DNA of 64,000 nt from Octopus vulgaris (taxonomy: Eukaryota), in contig OX597823.1 of assembly GCA_951406725.2 (NCBI GenBank), positions 78,368,001-78,432,000 on the forward strand, in the 5' to 3' direction. Below the pieces are notes generated by a model. The model saw only the letters and a list, made by a program, of their open reading frames with translations. It had not been told where the DNA came from and ran no database searches. Below are positions 1 through 11,311 of this stretch, piece by piece (the first letter of the stretch is position 1; each line of letters starts with the position of its first letter). A program made the position numbers and the translations under genes.

Positions 1-250
1 ATGTTACCGTGGTCTTTTCCATAGGCTTTTCTTTCCATGGATAAACCTTATCTGCTTCCCCCTTTACACTTTACATCATGACACTGTGATACATGATCCC
101 TATTGATCGTTTTTTTCTTCTTCTTTCCCTTTTACAATCCCTTTTGATCGAAAACCTACCCCCTTTTTTTCCTCTCCCCCAAAACGAAAAGCTCTACTTT
201 GTAATCTGTCCCGTCTGTGTGCAGCCCTGTGTGGCTAATAAAGAAACATA
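1..250 (+). mobile_element. 3' UTR of a non-LTR retrotransposon (probably L1/Tx1-like), copy 1
   Basis: Near-identical to 16687-16970; pyrimidine-rich, ends ...gcagccctgtgtggctAATAAAgaaac, then (TATC)n. Clade assignment is inference. Confidence 0.65.
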
Positions 251-879
251 ATCTATATATCTATCTGCCTGTCTGTCTGTCTGTCTGTCTATCTATATCT
301 ATCTATCTCTATGTGTGTGTGTGTGTGCGTGTGTGTGTGTGTGTGCATGCATGTATTTACATACACAAACATATGACAGGCTTCTTTTGAAGTATAGATA
401 ATAATAAATATTAATCAAATACTGAAGTTCATATCACAGATTCCATTCATTCAGTCATTTGTTTGTTCATTCCTTAAATTCGAGGTCTAGCATCCATGTT
501 AGAAATTAGTAATGAAATTAAAATTTATCAGCTCCTTAAAACTGAAATACACAGTTTGACACTAATGAGAATTTTGAAATCAGAACATAGATAACTAGAG
601 CTCTGCCAGGAATTTTGCCTGGTAGACATTTAAGTGGAGGTTTGAACACGTTTCCATATTTCTTTGATGGATAAACACAAAGAATAGATAAAATTGGTGA
701 ATAGCATTGCATGCAAGTCGTTGGTTAAAATAGCTGGACACAATGACATTCCTTGGGTATTCTAAAGATTAAAATAGCTAAATCAATTCTAAAGACAACT
801 TTCTGCCTCTCATGATTTGCTAAACCTAATACTTCCTTCTGTTTGTTTAGGTATGATTAATGTTATTCAAATTCATTTA

Positions 880-945
880 TATACATACATAAATACATAT
901 ACACATACATACATATATATATATGTGTCTATGTATGTGTCTATG

Positions 946-1001
<56 letters not shown>

Positions 1002-1091
1002 CATATATGTAGGTATGCATATATTTATTTATACATATATATATATACACATATATATATGTACATACATACATGTTTGTATGTATGCATA

Positions 1092-1137
<46 letters not shown>

Positions 1138-1210
1138 CATACATACATACATAAATATATGTATGTATATATTCATTTATGTATATATATATATATATGC
1201 ATGCATACAT
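880..1210. repeat. Compound (TA)n/(CATA)n microsatellite
   Basis: Seen directly; source of the YIYI/HTHT pseudo-ORFs. Confidence 0.95.
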
Positions 1211-1720
1211 ACTCAGAGAGAAAGAGTGAAAGAGCTAATTTATCAAATTCGTATTGAATGTCACACCGTAAGCTGCAGCCTATGAGTTAAATCAGATTTT
1301 GTGATGTAATCAACCCTTATTTGGATATATGTGCATTAATATTTCATATTCTCTCATGTATTTACACTAGGCTTATATTTTGTATATAGTATGTAAGAAT
1401 ATACTTTCTCCAGCTTTTAAACTTTCTTCTCACATATGATTTCTTATGTATGGTAGCATTTCACAATGATAACATATAGGGAGCTGAAATATTTCATCCA
1501 CCTGATATTATCCATAGAATTTATAGGCACAGGAGTGGCTGTGTGGTAAGAAGCTTGCTTCCCAACCACATGTTTCCAGGTTCAGTCCCACTGCATGGCA
1601 TCTTGGATAAGTGTCTTCAACTATAGCTTCTGGCTGACCAAAGCCTTGTGAGTGGATTTGGTAGACATATTGTTGTATATATATACTGTTGTATATAAAT
1701 ATACATTCATATATGTATAT

Positions 1721-1749
1721 ATACTAGGATAATTCATTCATCTACTTAA

Positions 1750-1793
<44 letters not shown>

Positions 1794-1822
1794 TTAAGTA
1801 GATGAATGAATTATCCTAGTAT
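1721..1822. repeat. Perfect palindrome centred on (TA)n
   Basis: atactaggataattcattcatctacttaaatataaa-(TA)n-tttatatttaagtagatgaatgaattatcctagtat. Confidence 0.95.
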
Positions 1823-1936
1823 GGATAATTTGGTTAATCGATACCTGGGTAGCAAATTCACGTCAGTAAAACATGGTTGAAGTTACATGCCAAGGGCAGA
1901 ACCCCGTGTTCGTGTGTGGAAATTTGTGTGTTTTTT

Positions 1937-2047
1937 TATATGAATAAATGAAGAGAATTAAGAGTATGCAGTCTTCGAAACATATGTCGAAAGTAAATGA
2001 ATTTTGTTAAAATCTTCGTTCGACTCCATTCTTTTCATTTATTCATA

Positions 2048-2050
<3 letters not shown>
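1937..2050 (+). mobile_element. Penelope-like terminal fragment with inverted ends
   Basis: Inverted ends tatatgaataaatgaagagaat / attcttttcatttattcatata enclose cGAAAC-ATAT-GTC, a hammerhead helix III half. Confidence 0.45.
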
Positions 2051-2099
<49 letters not shown>

Positions 2100-2421
2100 T
2101 GAATGTATATTTCTTGTCTGTATAGATATATATATATAAATGTATGTGTTTGTTTGTCCTCTCCCTACCATCGCTTTACAACTGATGTTGGTGTGTTTAC
2201 GTTCCCGTCACTTAGCAGTTTGACAAAAAGCGACCAATAGAATAAGTACTAGGCTTACAAAGAATAAGTCCTGGGGTCGATTTATTCGACTACAGGTAGT
2301 GCTCCAGCATGACCACAGTCAAATTACTGAAACAAGTAAAAGTGTGTGTCCCTGAAGCAGTATTCTGAATATAAATACAAGGGAGATAACTGAAATATAA
2401 TCAACCATTCATTTGATATAT

Positions 2422-2630
2422 TTTATCTTTTACTTATTTCAGTCATTAGATTGTGGCTATGCTGGGGCACTACCTTGAAGAATTTTAATCAAATGAATCG
2501 ACCCCAGTACTTTTATGAAGCCTGGTGCTTATTCAATCAGCCTCGTTTGCTGAATTGCTATGTTACGAGATGTAAACACACTAAAACCAGTTGTCAAGCA
2601 GTGGTGTGATACAAATGCAGACACAAAGAT
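2422..2630 (-). mobile_element. SINE family A, 3' half
   Basis: Reverse complement of the gtgccccagcatagccac...gactgaaataagtaaaagataaaa tail; tail-to-tail with the previous copy. Confidence 0.8.
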
Positions 2631-2637
2631 ATATATA

Positions 2638-2691
<54 letters not shown>

Positions 2692-2692
<1 letters not shown>

Positions 2693-2829
2693 CCCTACAA
2701 TGTCATTCTAAAAATGTAGAAAACACCATTGAAATTTTGAAGCAACAAGATCATGCATAATTAATTGGAAACAATGTGAATTACATAAGCAATGCATTTG
2801 ATAAAGAAATCCAAATGCTGAAAGGTTAA
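2692..2829. mobile_element. Possible piggyBac-like MITE fragment
   Basis: Ends aatgctgaaagg-TTAA, similar to the other TTAA-flanked MITE ends; only one end is present. Confidence 0.35.
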
Positions 2830-3650
2830 AAGTTTCGTCTGTAAAGTGAAGTTAAATAACTTCAGTTAAGAACTGAAACTGATTCACAGATAGGTCAGCA
2901 AGAAGATTGCTTTTTACTTTAGATACTTCTTCACAAATGTAATTAGAACAGTCTGCAGTCAAAAAGGATGTATAATTATTTTAGCTGTGTTGAAGCCAAC
3001 AAGCTTGGTTGATGGTGTCTTAAATTATAGATATTTATTAAAGTTAAGACTAATATATCCGAATGGACCTAATGACAGCTCTCAATGATAATATCCAATA
3101 TAAAGTAATTTAATTGTACTCAAAAGTAGCATCTCTTACTTCCTTAAAATCTATCTTAGAATAGCATATGGCAAATTACAGAAAAATCAAACAAATGAGC
3201 AAAACTAACGAAATTAATTATTTGTAGTTTTTATTGAAACAGCATTGAATAGTAATGTAAAAAATCAAAATGCATAATGTTAGATTAGGAAAAAACTTCT
3301 TGCAGGATATAAATAATGTCAATTATTTTAAATATGGAAATTCTAATTAACCAAAATGGTTAAGCAAGGTGCCAAAGTTGAATCACTTCAGAAACTAAGA
3401 CTGTATTAGAAATATATAAATAGCTTTGTTAACGAAGATTATGTAGATTAGAATCTTCACTACAGTAATAGTATTGATAATGACAAGGAGACTAAGAATA
3501 ACCGTAACAAGAATATTGCTACCACTATTGCTACTGCCACTGTAGCTACTACTACTACTACTACTACTACTGATAGTAATAATAAGAGGAAAATGGAGGT
3601 GCACCAGGTGGTGCAGCAGAAGCTTGCTCAAAAATTATCAAAGAAAAACT

Positions 3651-3691
<41 letters not shown>

Positions 3692-3754
3692 TAATAATAA
3701 TAATAATAATAATTATAATAATAATAAATTTTATAATAACAATGATAATAAATG

Positions 3755-4015
3755 GTTCATTCAACATCCTTAAACAATCCTTATTCAGGGACCTTTTGAG
3801 CGGGATGGATTACTTGACCAGAAGAAAATTCTAACTGGGCTCCACATGCAAGGTCATGCACTGTTTATCATGATACGAGATCACCATCACACGCATATGG
3901 TTGTGATGCATGTGCCTAGTGTACCTGTATCAGACGGGTAGTCATGATTGGTACACTGGGCTTTGTTATATTTTACCCCAGTGTCACTTTGATGGTATAC
4001 ACTGCTCTCACACTC

Positions 4016-4020
<5 letters not shown>
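3755..4020 (+). mobile_element. Dispersed repeat ending in (TAA)n (probable retroposon 3' end), copy 1
   Basis: Matches 4675-4875 (+) and 27020-27190 (-); flanked by (TAA)n on both sides. Confidence 0.7.
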
Positions 4021-4080
<60 letters not shown>

Positions 4081-4112
4081 TAATAAATGATGATGATGAT
4101 GATGATAGTGAT

Positions 4113-4317
4113 AATTGTTTCAAATTTTGGCACAAAGCCAACAATTTTGAAGAGACGGGTAAGTCTATTACAGAGTTCAACTAGTGCTGACTTTATAGAC
4201 TCTGAAAGGATGAAAGGCAAAGACAACCTTAGTGGAGATTAGACTCAGAATATGATTAACAAGAAATATCACCATACAATTTTCCAACACTTAAATAATT
4301 CTACCAGCTCACTGCCC
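4113..4317 (-). mobile_element. SINE family B (Meta-domain-like), decayed
   Basis: gaaaggatgaaaggcaaag core and ccagctcactgcc head in reverse orientation. Confidence 0.7.
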
Positions 4318-4322
4318 TAATG

Positions 4323-4384
<62 letters not shown>

Positions 4385-4875
4385 CTGATGCAGTACTAGG
4401 CAATGGCTCTCATGGCTTTTGATCTCAAATGATTGGAAGTGTTATGATATACATTGTTTTGTCTTGGTATAAAAGATGGGCTACAGCAAATATTTTGCTC
4501 AGTACCATAGATTTGCTCATCAGTTGTTTGACCTTAACCAGTTGAGCATGTCCCTTAGTGACTGACAAAATGTGTATCTCTGATCATGAGCAGAAGAAAT
4601 TGGGGAGCATCATAGCCATGTGTTGAAAAGAATTCTTTGGGGTTTGGATAATTCACCTTTGGAAACATGGGTGTTATATTCAACATCTTTAAACAACCCT
4701 TATTCAGGGACCTTTTGAGCAGGATGGGCTACTCGACCTGACGAAAATTCTAACCAGACCCCACATGCAAGGCCATGCACTGTTTATCTTGGTATGAGAT
4801 CACTGTGTCGCACACACATGGTTGTAATGCATGTGCTTGGTGTACCCTTATTAGAGGGATAGTCATGATGAGTAT
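4385..4875 (+). mobile_element. Same dispersed repeat as 3755-4020, longer copy
   Basis: Shares caacatc.ttaaacaa.ccttattcagggaccttttgagc...gtcatgat; preceded by (TAA)n. Confidence 0.7.
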
Positions 4876-4877
4876 TT

Positions 4878-5060
4878 TGTTGGGCAGGGGATAGTCGATC
4901 ACATCGACCCCAGTACTCAACTGGTACTAGATTTATCGACCCTGAAAGGATGAAAGGTAAAGTAGACCTTGTCAGAATTTGATCTCAGAGTATTGTGGCA
5001 GACGAAATACTGCATGGCATTTTGTCCAGCATGCTAATGATTCTACCAACTCACCACCTT
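4878..5060 (-). mobile_element. SINE family B
   Basis: tttatcgaccctgaaaggatgaaaggtaaagt core and head ctcaccacc. Confidence 0.8.
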
Positions 5061-5074
5061 AAATAATAATAATA

Positions 5075-5410
5075 GTTGTCATAGGTTACCTGGGAATGAT
5101 AGCAAAAGGGGCTGATTGCTACCTAGCTCAGATACCAGGAAACCCCAAAATGGCAAAAATTCAAAAGATATTGGTCATGGGAACTGCCCATATCCTACGT
5201 AAAGTACCTTCTATGTAATCTCAAATTTTAAAACAAACACATAATATTCTTATGGTTTCTTATACATTCTCTAGGACAACACTATGTACAGAACCAAATA
5301 TATGGCACCCTAGGCATAACACCAACATGAACTTCTAACTTGTCTCTTGAGGTCTCTGGGTGAGACTTGGAGCCAAGTTGTACAAGTGTAAAGCAAAAGT
5401 CACACATAAA
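5075..5410 (+). mobile_element. R4/Dong-type (restriction-like endonuclease) LINE, 5'-truncated 3' end
   Basis: Translates VVIGYLGMIAKGADCYLAQIPGNPKMAKIQKILVMGTAHILRKVPSM*, the typical VVIGALG...QK...GTAHILRK C-terminus. Lies between (TAA)n tracts. Confidence 0.85.
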
Positions 5411-5434
5411 ATAATAATAACAATAATAATAATG

Positions 5435-5480
<46 letters not shown>

Positions 5481-5500
5481 TGATAATTATAATAATAATG

Positions 5501-5552
<52 letters not shown>

Positions 5553-5585
5553 TGATAATTATAATAATAATGATAATAATAATAA
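5410..5585. repeat. (TAA)n microsatellite with an internal higher-order duplication
   Basis: Seen directly. Confidence 0.95.
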
Positions 5586-7912
5586 TGGTCTGTACTTTAA
5601 GTATGAGGCTACAACTTCAATGAAATTGATCACATATGTATTTGGTACTTCCTTTTTATGACTTAGCTGGAGGTGGAAGGGCAACACCCATGGCCTTAGA
5701 TTCTCTAAGACTGACAGTAGAAGAGGAAGAAAGGAAGAATCAACAACTGATAAGTTTATTTTAATGCCTTAGGAAAGGAATCAATAGTTTGGATAATGCG
5801 ATTTTAGATATATTTCTAAAATGATAGAAAAGTCATGGATGGAATGTACTTGATCAACAACTGCAATAACAGCTTACTTCCAGTTATTTTGTGAAGTGGT
5901 AGAGGAGCCACTGTGTTGTTGCTAAGCAACCACTTTACCTCAAGCCACATCTTACTTTCATGATGCACAAAGACAAGTTGAACAATGTAGTCTTAAATGT
6001 ATATAGAGAAAGACTGGAGGGCCACAGGTGGAATGCCTTTTGTCATAGGTCTGCTGAATCAGGAATAACTTGGAACAAAACAATATATTAATACAAAAAA
6101 AAATGTCTTACAAAGATATATTCTCTGGAGGAAAAAATATGTAGAAAGAATCTTGTATCTAAATGCTTGTGAAAATTCTGGAACAATTGTGAAGAAATAT
6201 ATATTTTATCTAATTGAATGTGCTAAACTACATCCTAAATTTAGAGTTCTGGGAATTGTCAAACCAACAGCAATAAAAAAAGTTTCTTTTTTTTCATTTG
6301 ATAGTTTTGATGTCTAGAAGTGACTTCTGTAAGCTTTTCCAATTAATCATGCTAGAATGTAAAAATAAGCTATTCAAAATTGTTAGATGTACTGGCCACT
6401 ACATAAAATGAAGAATTAACTAGTACGTGCCCCTTCCCATTATGTAAATCCTAAGATTAACTTGTGATTTCTTTTTTCTTTTTTTTTTTTTTGGCTTATG
6501 TTCTAGTTTTAGTTTATTCTAATGTTCCTAGAGCAGATGCCAAAAAAAAAAAAAAAAAATAACAAATGGTATTTTTCTTTTATTATGAAGCCATGTGATG
6601 TTACAACTGAACATTTCAATTATTGATGATGTCATATAACAGACATCACAACTCAATACTCCAAGCTGCTCATGACATATAATATCAGTCACATCCAACT
6701 TTCAATTGAAAATAAAAACCAAATATAAAAAAAAAACACAAAATAAAAACAAAGAAAAATGGAAAAACTCAACTGAGATTCAAAATTGGGTTGTAAATTT
6801 GTTGTGCCACAAGAATAATTATATTCCCCAGCAGTGCTTGCAGCGACAGACAGACAAGAAAGTATGAAACTTTAACAGATGGCAAAGTATAAATGGCTAT
6901 TTTCAGAAATTTAAAAGAAATACTTTGAAATAAATCTATTATCAATAGCAAAGCTAGCCAAGTTTAGCGCTCATCTTTAGCAGAGATATGGCATCGATCA
7001 TGATCATGAAATCAAGAATTGATTATTTAATTTGTATTGATTTTTCACATTGATGCAAGGTCACATATTCGTAAAGACAGAAGGCAGAATATAGTTTATT
7101 AAAGAAACCCTATAACATACAAGGTACTAGTTTATAAAATAAAGAATGAACAAAATATGTGGCTTTTCCATAGTTTGAAACCTTCAAAATGAGTATCAGT
7201 CATACAGTGATCACAATTCAAGAAACATACCCCTCAATTCCAGCAGAGAATATATTAACCAATATATCTTTCTTTACATGTTACCATAGAGTATAGAGGA
7301 AAATCTAGTCTTCTGGAGAAAATCTGGATATTACAGAGAAAAAGAGAGAGGTAGAGTGTTGGCTGTATAGTATTAAATTTGAATATTCTTAAATTTTTTT
7401 TAAATCATTAAAAGATCAATTTTCATTTTAATTTCTTACTTTTAATATTTATAATTACATTTTCAAAATAAATGTAATTAAATATTTAATGAAATTTTCT
7501 TTTATGTGGCTTTATTAAATTACACTTAGTTCAGATACATTTCAAGTAAAAAACAAATTTCCTGACTGGGTGCAATACGAGGAAAATTTTGTTACTATTT
7601 CTTGCAGAATTTTTTCAACTACATAGAGGCTGTCTCTCTTTGATAGCTCTCATATAATTTTATTTTCTAGTATTGTCAGACTTAACTAAAACCATAATAT
7701 GATTTAAGTTAAATATTAATCTATTACTGAAGTAAAATGAAGCGGCATACCTAGCTGGATTTGAACTTAAAACATTTAAGTACAGGACTAAATATTATAA
7801 ACATAAATTATAGCTACATCTAATTGTATCATTTAAGGCATCTCAAACACCAAAAACAAATATCTTTTGATTTCAATTTCTTTGCATGGAAATGTGGTCA
7901 TCATTTGGAATC

Positions 7913-8352
7913 AAGCTGACAGAATCATTAACATTCTAGGCAAAATGCTTGACAGCATTTTATCTGTCTTTACACTCTAAGTTCAAATTCCGCTAAGGTC
8001 AACTTCGCCTTTCATCTTTCCAGGGGTCGATAAAATAAGTACAAGTTGAGCACTGGGGTTGATGTAATCAACTTGCCCCCAACTTCCAAATTGCTGGCCT
8101 CCAGCCAAAATTTGAAAGATGAAAGGCGAAGTTGACCTTAGCAGAATTTGAACTTAGAGTGTAAAGACAGATAAAATGCTGTCAAGCATTTTGCCTAGAA
8201 TGTTAATGATTCTTATAAAATACTTATTTTATTGACCCCAAAAGGATGAAAGGTAAAGTCAACCTCGGTGGAATTTGAACTCAGAATGTAAAGACAAATG
8301 AACTGGTGCTAAGCATTTTGCCTGACATGTTAACAATTCTGCCAGCTCACTG
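7913..8352. mobile_element. SINE family B cluster: + copy, its inverted 100-bp duplicate, and an independent - copy
   Basis: 7921-8020 is the reverse complement of 8114-8213 with one mismatch seen; 8220-8352 is a more divergent copy. Confidence 0.9.
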
Positions 8353-8369
8353 CATTTGTAGAAGTTTAA

Positions 8370-8585
8370 CCCTTTTGATACAAACCCAGCTGAAACTGCC
8401 TCTGGCTCTGTAGTACAAACATATTGTTTTCAAATGATCTGAATTAAAACCTTCCACCAAATCTTAGTCACAATTTATTTTGCTAACACTGGCTTAATGA
8501 TAACTAAATTATTTTACTAGATTCTTTGTTATATTTAAAATAATTTGAAAGAAACACAGAACAACTCAAAGTAACTACAGTAATG
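8370..8585 (+). mobile_element. piggyBac-like MITE, right end lost at a SINE junction
   Basis: Starts TTAA-cccttttgatac; body is the reverse complement of 42008-42219. Confidence 0.75.
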
Positions 8586-8725
8586 TCGACTTTATCTTTC
8601 ATCCTTTCGGGGTCGATTAAATAAGTACCAGTTACACACTGGGGTCAATATAATCGACTTAATCCATTTGTCCTTGTTTTTCCCCTCTATGTTTAGCCCC
8701 TTGTGGGTAGTAAAGAAATAAGAAA
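8586..8725 (+). mobile_element. SINE family B, 5'-truncated, tail type 1
   Basis: ctttcatcctttcggggtcgattaaataagtaccag...tagccccttgtgggtagtaaagaaataagaaac. Confidence 0.85.
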
Positions 8726-10824
8726 CTGGAAGAAGCATGTTGCATATGTGTGTAACTGTCTTGTAGCCTGGGCATCCTATGGTAGTTGTAAATGAGTGTC
8801 ACTTCCACCGTCATGCAAGCAATATCATTTGTCTTCAATGTTTGGCAATGGAAAACTATTACCTTTTTTGGAAACAGATGAGGGCTGGTTGACAGGAAAT
8901 GCCTCTGGCCATAAAGAATCCACCCTCACAAATTCCATCTGAATCATTTCAGCATGGGAAAGTGGATCTTAAGACAATGATGATGATGATTGCAATTTCC
9001 TAATTTATTTATCTGATTCAAAAAATATCTCAGAAAAGAATGTAAAAACTTGGAAAGTTACTGCTTGTTGTGCACTCCATGGAGGCTAACAAAAAGTTTT
9101 CAAAGAATTTTTTTTATATATATTATCATAAAGAACTTTTCCTTCATAGAATAGAAAATAAAAAACTAAGACTGGTGAAGTTCATATTGTATAACTTTTC
9201 CAAGTACGTTGTTTAGAGTATGTGTATAATTTATATGAAATATATAAAATTAAATATAAGTGCAGGTATGTTGTATAGTTGAGAAACTTGCTTTTATAAT
9301 TCTTGATATTTTAATTTTTATTGTTTCAATTTCTTATTTTTATTTTTCAGTATTTTTTATTTTAAATTTATTTTATAAAAAAGAATTTTTTGATTTTTTA
9401 AAATTTCTATCTGAACCATACTCAATCTACCCATATATCATTATTCCCCACCACCAAATCTCATAATTAGGTCTAATAAAGTTGTTCCCTTTACACTATT
9501 TACTAAATGGTTCAATATCTTTGGGTAACACCAGGGGTGTTCTTGTCTGTAACAGCCTCGCACAACAGCTGAGGAATGGTAACACAGGCATTCATTACCA
9601 ATAAGAGATTGGACTGAACCATATCCACTACTGTCAGGTAACTCTGAGTATTGGATGTGAGTGTTCCATGCTTGTATCTTATATCATCATCACCATCATT
9701 ATCATCACCATTATTTAACATTTGTTTCCATCCTTTATAAGCAGATTGCAACATCAAATCATCAGATATTGCATAACAAATATAAATAATCTATTATAAG
9801 TATTTAACAGTATTATGGTATAAACGACCATTAGTGTGTTAAAATGAGTCAAAGAATTTATTTAAAAACCAATGGAGTTCTAAATACTGGTTACACATCA
9901 TGTAGTATATTATTAGATATAATAAATGATAAATGCTCTATAAGATGTATGACGTGTAAATATACATTTGTTTATGACTATATATGTGCATGCCTCCCTC
10001 TTTTTTTCTGCTGTATGCATGTGTGTATGTGTGTATATGTATATATATATATATATATATGTATACACATGCATACATATGCATATATATATGTGTGTAT
10101 ATATTGATACACACACACACATATATATATGTATGTATGTATGTATACACATGCATACATAAAATTATTTGATTAGGTAAAAAAACACCTGAAGGGTAGT
10201 GTTTATGTTGGTATATGTAAATTATTCTAACTGAATTCTCCCTCTGTCCCTTTTCTCATTCTTTCTCTATCCCTTTCTCCCTCTCTCCCACTCTCTTTCT
10301 CCTCTCTCTCTCTGTGTTTTTTCTCTTGTTAATTATATTGTTTATATTCACATACATAGATATATATATATACATAAATACATGTACTCACACACGCATG
10401 CATAAACACACTCGTACATACTATTTTGCAGAGAGCTAGTTAATTACATTTAGTTGATGTATTTTCATGCACTATTAGAGTTTAGCAAGAAATTTTTCCA
10501 GCTTGCATTGCACTGTTTTACAGAAAGTAATTATCTGCATTTTATATTTAAGATATATAAGTGAATTTAACCCTAATTAATTCCACACTTAGTTACATAT
10601 AAATAGACACATGCATGTACACACATGTCAAGTGAAAATTTATGTTTTATTTGTCATTTGTTCATTTGTATATTTTTTCTTATATTTTATATCTAGAGGA
10701 CATAGATTTGTGGCACCTGATAATTTTCCCAGAATTCTTTGCTTTCTGTCATTTTTCATTTCTTTTCAATGTATCTCTGATCTCTCTAGAGTTCTCTATG
10801 GCTGTGTGTGTATGTATATATGTT

Positions 10825-10867
<43 letters not shown>

Positions 10868-11099
10868 GTGTGTGTGTGTATGCATATGTTTATGTGTGTG
10901 AATATATATTTATATATATGCATGTGTGAATATATATATAGATAGATAGATATATAGATATATATACATATAAATATAAATGCATAAATATATATATAGA
11001 TATATATGCATAAATATATAATTGAACATATGCATATACATTCATTAGATCACGAAAGGTGAATGTATATATGGATTTTAAAAAATGTATCTATATATT

Positions 11100-11311
11100 T
11101 GTATGGTCATGTGACGAGAAAGGCTGAAGATAGTTGTGTGCAAAAGTGCTACACCCTAGCAGTTGAGGGAACCTGTGGAAGAGGTAGACCCAGGAAAACC
11201 TGGGACGAGGTGGTGAAGCACGACCTTCGAACTTTAGGTCTCACTAAGGAAATGTCTAGAGACCGAGACCTATGGAAGTATGCTGTGCGTGAGAAGACCC
11301 GGCAAGACTAG
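11100..11311 (+). pseudogene. RTE-clade LINE ORF C-terminus (5'-truncated)
   Basis: YGHVTRKAEDSCVQKC...EGTCGRGRPRKTWDEVVKHDL...DRDLWK: the WxGHVxR / GRPRKTW / DRxxW motifs of RTE ORFs. Confidence 0.9.

Larger units (their letters stand above)
1525..2342 (+). mobile_element. tRNA-derived SINE family A, split by an insertion in its internal microsatellite
   Basis: Head 1525-1667 has A box tggctgtgtgg and B box ggttcagtcc; tail 2145-2342 ends gctccagcatgaccacagtcaaattactgaaacaagtaaaa. Many other copies in the window. Confidence 0.85.

Noticed and set aside
817-1285. [12 protein letters not shown] ORFs here and throughout the track
   Set aside because: They are translations of TA, CA and CATA microsatellites that lack stops; no coding evidence.
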